DNA of 60,626 bases from Candidatus Methanomethylicia archaeon (GTDB taxonomy: Archaea; Thermoproteota; Methanomethylicia; CALHIW01), in NCBI GenBank assembly GCA_038845975.1, contig JAWBQF010000016.1:1-60626 (forward strand). Reading direction: 5' to 3'. Of the stretch, positions 59,472 through 60,626 are shown piece by piece (within the stretch, counting starts at the first letter, position 1; each line of letters starts with the position of its first letter). Below the pieces are notes generated by a model. The model searched no databases and was not told the origin of the DNA. It saw only the letters and a list, made by a program, of their open reading frames with translations. The translations under genes were made by a program, and so were the position numbers.

Positions 59472-60284
59472 TTATTGCTTTAATCTATTACATATAGAAA
59501 TTATCTCATCTATCGTTAATTGGTAAACTCTCTTATTTTCAGGTATTGATTCGACTATAGCTTTAAACGATTCCATGCCTTTATCTAAACCAAAATCATT
59601 TATGAGGGTTTTTCTTAAAACCGTTTTTGCAATTCTATTTCTCTGCGAGAATAGTTTAATCAATAAGTTATCTAAAAGCTCTAAATTAACTTCTATTTTA
59701 TCCTTTGGAGTCAGTAACACTAATGAATGAAATACTTCTGGTGGTGGATAGAAGGATTCTGGAGGGTATGTATCTATAATTTCAATATTAGCTCGGATAT
59801 TAGTTGAAACAGTAAGTCTTCCATAATCCTTGGATCCAGGCTTAGCAATAAGTCTTTCAGCAACTTCCTTCTGTAGTGTTAGTACTGCTCTCTTAAACCT
59901 CATATTAAGTATTTTGAAGAGTATTGGTGTTGAAATATGGTATGGTATGTTCCCAACGATTATCGATGCTTTAACATCTAGATTTAGGAAGTCTCCATGT
60001 ATAACTTCAACATTCCCATAATGTTTAAATCTATCTCTTAAAACCTTAACTAAACGCTTATCAATCTCTACAGCTATAACCTTACCTGCCTTCTCCGCAA
60101 GTCTAGCAGTTAATGTTCCAAGACCGGCTCCTACATCCAGTACGTCATCACTAATCGAGGGGGAAGCATATGAAATAATAGTTTCTAATAAATGCTTATC
60201 TACAACAAAGTTTTGACTAAGTCTCCTACTAGGCTTTACACCGTAACTTCTAAGAATTCTAAGAGTTTCTTTAAGTAGCTCCAT
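59472..60284 (-). CDS. ksgA: 16S rRNA m6,2A dimethyltransferase
   Basis: LSQNF, DVGAGLG, VEID, NIPYHIS, QKEVAERL and F.PPPEV motifs; start moved to the ATG at 60284. Confidence 0.95.
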   Translation of the reverse strand: MELLKETLRILRSYGVKPSRRLSQNFVVDKHLLETIISYASPSISDDVLDVGAGLGTLTARLAEKAGKVIAVEIDKRLVKVLRDRFKHYGNVEVIHGDFLNLDVKASIIVGNIPYHISTPILFKILNMRFKRAVLTLQKEVAERLIAKPGSKDYGRLTVSTNIRANIEIIDTYPPESFYPPPEVFHSLVLLTPKDKIEVNLELLDNLLIKLFSQRNRIAKTVLRKTLINDFGLDKGMESFKAIVESIPENKRVYQLTIDEIISICNRLKQ

Positions 60285-60535
60285 TAATATATGAAAAACA
60301 GAATTCTTAAAAATCTTACCATGAATCAAATACATATACTTTTCCATACAAGCCTACAAGGCTAATGATTTACTTGATTTTCAATTGAATATAGTAATTC
60401 ATGAAGTTTTGTATGTTAGATTTCATGTAGTTTAATCTGATATTATGTTGCATTTGTGGTTTAATGATTCTATTAGGAATATTTTTAGCAGTAATATATA
60501 TATTGGTTCTGCTATGTTTGTTTGGGGGTGGTGTT

Positions 60536-60626
60536 ATGGTTAGGGTTTTAGCTGTGGTTATTCTTTTAATGCTTTCGCTAAATATTGCTTTACCAGTTAT
60601 TATGGCTGAGGAAAATGTTTTTATGG
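60536..60626 (+). CDS. Secreted protein, partial; shares leader and signal peptide with 21776-22588
   Basis: GGGGGTGG RBS, then MVRVLAVVILLMLSLNIALPVIMAEENVFM; the upstream DNA nearly matches that of the 22588 gene. Confidence 0.7.
   Translation, partial: MVRVLAVVILLMLSLNIALPVIMAEENVFM

Noticed and set aside
1-60626. tRNA, rRNA or CRISPR array
   Set aside because: No GC-rich structured RNA segment or repeat-spacer periodicity was seen; a tRNAscan-SE/Infernal run would be needed to exclude small RNAs

Overview
AT-rich archaeal chromosomal window. Evidence: TATA/BRE-type promoters, GGTGG/GGAGGTG Shine-Dalgarno motifs, archaeal-type Tpt1/KptA, deoxyhypusine synthase, UPF0282 and four-subunit POR genes; the lineage looks Thermoproteota-like (inference). 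The left ~37 kb is a dense anaerobic catabolic region. It holds three IlvD/Edd dehydratases, a split UxaA/SuyAB-type dehydratase, an FGGY sugar-acid kinase, a DapA/KDG-type aldolase, a 2-hydroxyacid dehydrogenase, a LarA-like protein and porGDAB. It also holds AbfD, an acyl-CoA dehydrogenase, methylmalonyl-CoA mutase/epimerase, a class III aminotransferase, an ADP-forming acyl-CoA ligase alpha subunit and a D-cysteine desulfhydrase-family enzyme. The right part has a polyamine ABC transporter divergent from a DHS-like/sirtuin/saccharopine-dehydrogenase-like trio, followed by housekeeping genes (metG, corA, kptA, ksgA). Structure not shown by the ORF track: (1) identical DNA tracts (52, 99 and 106 bp) and a shared 16-bp promoter element among otherwise diverged dehydratase paralogs, two of which lie in inverted orientation; (2) a decaying IS6 family with full-length pseudo-copies, a 179-bp MITE with a perfect 8-bp target duplication, and ~60-bp mini-elements; (3) several small unannotated ORFs, a dead second vapBC locus, and a promoter plus signal-peptide cassette shared by two secreted-protein genes. 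No CRISPR array, rRNA or tRNA was recognised by eye.
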